Below, piece by piece: positions 60,659-64,000 of a stretch of 64,000 nt of DNA. The notes below the pieces were generated by a model. That model did not search any database, was not told the origin of the DNA, and saw nothing but the letters and a program-made list of their open reading frames with translations. The stretch is from Nitrososphaerota archaeon (GTDB lineage: Archaea > Thermoproteota > Nitrososphaeria_A > Caldarchaeales > Calditenuaceae), in contig JBEPYO010000001.1 of assembly GCA_041641295.1 (NCBI GenBank), forward strand, positions 1,056,001 to 1,120,000, written 5' to 3'. The translations under genes were made by a program, and so were the position numbers. Within the stretch, counting starts at the first letter, position 1. Every line of letters starts with the position of its first letter.

Positions 60659-61093
60659 TCACACCGCCTCCTTCCACCTCTCCTTCCTCACCCTCTCGAC
60701 GATATGGTCTATTATTGTTTGGAGAGGTGTGCCTGGTCCAAAGTTTCCCGTAATGCCCTCCTTCTCCAAGATTGGTTTATGCTCCGGCGGTATAATGCCT
60801 CCTCCCACGACCAGTATGTCACCGGCATTCCTCTCCCTCAGGAGCCTAGCCACCTTAATGAAGTTCGGAATATGGTCTGCATTGTGAAGGCTAAGAGCCA
60901 CCACATCAACATCCTCTTGGATTGCTGTCTCAACTACCTCTTCAGGACTCCTCAAAATCCCGCCATAAACCACCTCAAACCCCGCATCCCTGAACGCCCT
61001 AGCAAGAATTAAGAGGCCCCGGTCATGCCCGTCCAGCCCGGGCTTAGCAAGCAAAATACGAATCTTCCTGTGACGCGTGGTCTGGCCCGCCAC
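60659..61093 (-). CDS. Acyl-CoA mutase cobalamin-binding small subunit
   Basis: KPGLDGHDRG, GGGIIP, FGPGT. Confidence 0.95.
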   Translation of the reverse strand: MAGQTTRHRKIRILLAKPGLDGHDRGLLILARAFRDAGFEVVYGGILRSPEEVVETAIQEDVDVVALSLHNADHIPNFIKVARLLRERNAGDILVVGGGIIPPEHKPILEKEGITGNFGPGTPLQTIIDHIVERVRKERWKEAV

Positions 61094-61354
61094 ATATTAT
61101 AAAATGCCTGCAGATGTAATTAAATTTTGGCTCTCACAATATTGTCGAAGATTGGCTCACCCTTTCTGCGTGTATCACCGAAATTAACGATGATGTTCGG
61201 ACAGGAGGCATATTTAAAGGCTGGGGGCTTTAGCAATCCACTTGGATAAGCTCATGAAATTATAATCCGGACAACTGGCGAAATAAGATAAATCATCCAT
61301 ATCCATCATTCTCCAACAACAGCTGTCTTTATTTCCAACTAGACTGGCTGGATT

Positions 61355-62341
61355 TTACTCATCATTCTCCTTCTTGACTTCTCCCCTTATCATTGAAAGT
61401 ACAATAGCAGCAAACAGGATTGAGAATATAATTGATATTGACAACCATACTGGTATTTGGATGAACCGTGCTATGAGTATTTTTATTCCCAAGAAGAATA
61501 ATATGCCAGCTAGGGCGGGCTCAACATACTTGAATCTAAACATTGTAATAGCTATTAGAGAGTAAAGGGCTCTCAGCCCCAGTATTGCGGAGATATTTGA
61601 AGTGTATGCGAGGAAGAAGTTCGATGTAATAGCTATAACGGCGGGGATAGAATCGAACGCGAATATTATGTCTGATGTTTCAATTGCAAGTAGGGCTAGG
61701 AGGAGTGGAGTAAACATTAACCTATTATCCCCTTTTGAACGAACTATAAACTTGGCACCCTCATAATAGTCAGCTATTGGAAGAACCCTCTGAGCCATTT
61801 TTACTACAGGGTTTCTTGAGGGATCTACTTTTACCTCTCCCACCCTCAGTAACTTATATCCCGCATACATCAATACAGCACCGAAGATGTATACGGTCCA
61901 GTGGAATTGCTCTATCAGCCAAAGTCCTCCGGCTATGAATCCGGCTCTTAAGACGATTGCCGTAACTATTCCCGCATACAATACGATCGGCTGTACGCGT
62001 GGGAGGACTGAGAAATAGCTGAAGATTAGTGCGAAGACAAACAGGTTATCCATGCTTAAACTCTTCTCTACTACGAATGCCGCATAGTACAATCCTAGAG
62101 AATGCAGCTTATCTTCTGGGGCTGCAAACCAGTATACAAACACGCCCCACATCAGGCCTACCGCTATCCATAAAGCAGACCAAGCTCCAGCCTCCTTATA
62201 CGTCATCGCATGCTTTCTTCTAACACCTATAATCAGATCTATTGCTATGAAGACTAGTATGACTATGTGATATAGTTCCCAGAACCACGTGGGAACTTCT
62301 ATCTGCACCTGGGTTTGAAGCTCAGCGGGATCTAAGCCCAT
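61355..62341 (-). CDS. TerC/Alx family membrane protein
   Basis: EKSLSMDNLFVF, ETSDIIFAFDSIPA, SNISAILGLRALY. Confidence 0.95.
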   Translation of the reverse strand: MGLDPAELQTQVQIEVPTWFWELYHIVILVFIAIDLIIGVRRKHAMTYKEAGAWSALWIAVGLMWGVFVYWFAAPEDKLHSLGLYYAAFVVEKSLSMDNLFVFALIFSYFSVLPRVQPIVLYAGIVTAIVLRAGFIAGGLWLIEQFHWTVYIFGAVLMYAGYKLLRVGEVKVDPSRNPVVKMAQRVLPIADYYEGAKFIVRSKGDNRLMFTPLLLALLAIETSDIIFAFDSIPAVIAITSNFFLAYTSNISAILGLRALYSLIAITMFRFKYVEPALAGILFFLGIKILIARFIQIPVWLSISIIFSILFAAIVLSMIRGEVKKENDE

Positions 62342-62399
62342 ATATTGTCAGCGGGGATGGTATGCTTTTAATTAATTTAAAAACCATTCTTAATGGGCC

Positions 62400-63425
62400 C
62401 TAAAGTATTCTGATATATTCCCTGCCAGCCCCCTCATATGAGCCTATAAGTATCTGTCTCCAAGCCTCCTCACCATTCCTCCGCGCCACCTCCAGCTTCC
62501 CATAAGCCTCGACAAGGTCACCCTCCCTCAAAACACCTGCCAACATCATGTCATAACACACAATCCTATCAATACTCCCACCCTCATCCTCCACGAAATA
62601 CACCGCCGGCGTAAAGAGCGACTCCCGCACATCAACCACTCTGCCCCTCACCTTGGCCATCCCTAGAGTGGAGTAGACCACCTCGCCATACTTGTACACT
62701 GGAGCCTCGCGTACACCATGTACTGAGAAGGGCACTCCACTGAATACTCCCTTGTTTATGACGTTGGATGCGAGTCTGCGCAGGTCATGCGTTGATACCG
62801 GGTATCTTGACGAGGCCCGGATAACCCATCCCTCAGGATCGCTACCACCCAGTAAAGCCACCTCGCCCTCACGGTGCAGCTCCTTAAGCGCTTCAAGAAC
62901 CCGCCACAAATTATCCGTGCCATAGACCACCAAATCTATATCTGAATCCTGATGATGGATTGCGGGAAGGATCGACCCAGTAACGCCGAAGTGGTCTATA
63001 GGGACGCCGGAAACCTCTGTAAGCCTCTCAACGAGTGAGACTAGAAGTCTTTCAAGTCGATTGTTGGTGGGTCTGCTCAATAGCTCTTTGAGCCGCCTCT
63101 TAGAGCTGTATACTCTGGTAATGCTGCTGATGGGTGGTGCTATGACCTTAGCGCCGACGGTAGGATCGTGGAACACGTAGCCGGGCTGCCTCTCTTCTAC
63201 GAAGTTGATTATTTTTAGAAGCTCTGAAACCGTGTACTGTCGTATTACCCTGATGAATTTTTTCTCACCATTCCCCCAGATGCCATTACCTGGTACGTAT
63301 TTGAGCAGGCTCCAAACCCGTCCCGCTGGATGAACGTCGCCTAAAACTAGGAAAATCCAGCCGTCAGTCGTCTCGAAATAGTCGTGGTCCCTTACTGACC
63401 CGTCGTGGCCTTCACTCTCCTGCAT
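62400..63425 (-). CDS. Archaeal nucleotidyltransferase-fold protein (COG1665-like)
   Basis: RDHDYF, LKYVP, GVTGS...SDIDLVVYG, C-terminal OB-like GKLE. Confidence 0.8.
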   Translation of the reverse strand: MQESEGHDGSVRDHDYFETTDGWIFLVLGDVHPAGRVWSLLKYVPGNGIWGNGEKKFIRVIRQYTVSELLKIINFVEERQPGYVFHDPTVGAKVIAPPISSITRVYSSKRRLKELLSRPTNNRLERLLVSLVERLTEVSGVPIDHFGVTGSILPAIHHQDSDIDLVVYGTDNLWRVLEALKELHREGEVALLGGSDPEGWVIRASSRYPVSTHDLRRLASNVINKGVFSGVPFSVHGVREAPVYKYGEVVYSTLGMAKVRGRVVDVRESLFTPAVYFVEDEGGSIDRIVCYDMMLAGVLREGDLVEAYGKLEVARRNGEEAWRQILIGSYEGAGREYIRIL

Positions 63426-63454
63426 TCCTCCTTAAAACAGCTATCTTGGCGGAG

Positions 63455-64000
63455 TTATAACTGTATTTTACGCATAGCGTTTTCGGAGACGATATAATCG
63501 TCGGGTGTATTTCCGATGAATATTCTGAGCCTTCTCGTGACTAGGTCTATCTCTAGCCTTCCCCTCGCGGTGAAGCGTTCTCCAGCAAAAACCTGTTCTG
63601 CAAACCTCGACCGGTAGGACACCGCTTCTCCACACTTGTAGGCCTCTTCACCACCCTCAAGCACCTCTTCGACAGTGACCCGCAGCTTCATAGGCGTATA
63701 ACAGCCGAGTGAGTCTTCCTCCACCACACCCCTCACCTTGACATATCCCAGCTCCCTCCACTTAGCCGTCCCCCATGGTTCCCAGAAATCCTCGGGCCGC
63801 TTCACAATCTTGGCCGAATAGACCACTCCCCTGAAAAGACCGTACGTGGACTTCCTACCCTCGTGCACTAGCCAGACGTCGAGGCCAAGCTTAGAGTCTC
63901 TACGCTTTAAGGCCAGGTCTTGAGTGTGTTCCCGCGTCACGGCCCCTGTAACGCCACGGTCCCTGAGCTCTCTCAAGGCCTCTATGGCCCGAAGCCCCCT
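63455..64000 (-). CDS. Probable paralog of the preceding gene (5' end beyond the window)
   Basis: Similar C-terminal half (G.F.G..YS, VRGVV, ARGRLE). Confidence 0.65.
   Translation of the reverse strand, partial: RGLRAIEALRELRDRGVTGAVTREHTQDLALKRRDSKLGLDVWLVHEGRKSTYGLFRGVVYSAKIVKRPEDFWEPWGTAKWRELGYVKVRGVVEEDSLGCYTPMKLRVTVEEVLEGGEEAYKCGEAVSYRSRFAEQVFAGERFTARGRLEIDLVTRRLRIFIGNTPDDYIVSENAMRKIQL

Noticed and set aside
62342-62400. Mn-sensing yybP-ykoY riboswitch before TerC/Alx
   Set aside because: The intergenic space is under 60 nt and AT-rich.

Overview
64-kb window from an archaeon, probably a thermophilic Thermoproteota member (Caldarchaeales/'Aigarchaeota'-like is an inference from gene content). 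It has four parts. (1) ~1-33.8 kb is a minus-strand cell-surface/glycosylation island: MoxR-DUF58 module, MacB/LolCDE-type ABC system, flippase, GT2/GT4 and GT-C-like membrane proteins, methyltransferases, a DPM2-like small protein and a sugar-phosphate nucleotidyltransferase, with an AT-rich inner cassette. (2) ~34-38.7 kb is a mobile-element-like zone containing an IS110/TasR-like RuvC+Nop-type ORF. A long hairpin RNA follows it, with two symmetric CCC-N9-TAG guide-like segments; one exactly matches half of the neighbouring aro-operon promoter. (3) 38.7-53 kb is core genome: an archaeal-type shikimate/chorismate operon preceded by an unannotated 29-codon Trp/Tyr/Phe-rich leader ORF in a strongly structured 5' leader (candidate attenuator), then ksgA, DUF655, rpoF, rpl21e, pus10 and srp54. 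(4) 53-64 kb holds an integrase remnant plus nuclease between direct repeats, an MFS transporter, a free-standing LAGLIDADG endonuclease abutting an intron-containing tRNA-Ile(GAT), a B12 acyl-CoA mutase module, TerC and two nucleotidyltransferase-fold genes. All calls come from reading the sequence by eye; no searches were run. The printed line starting at 37861 shows only 59 bases, so coordinates there may be off by 1.
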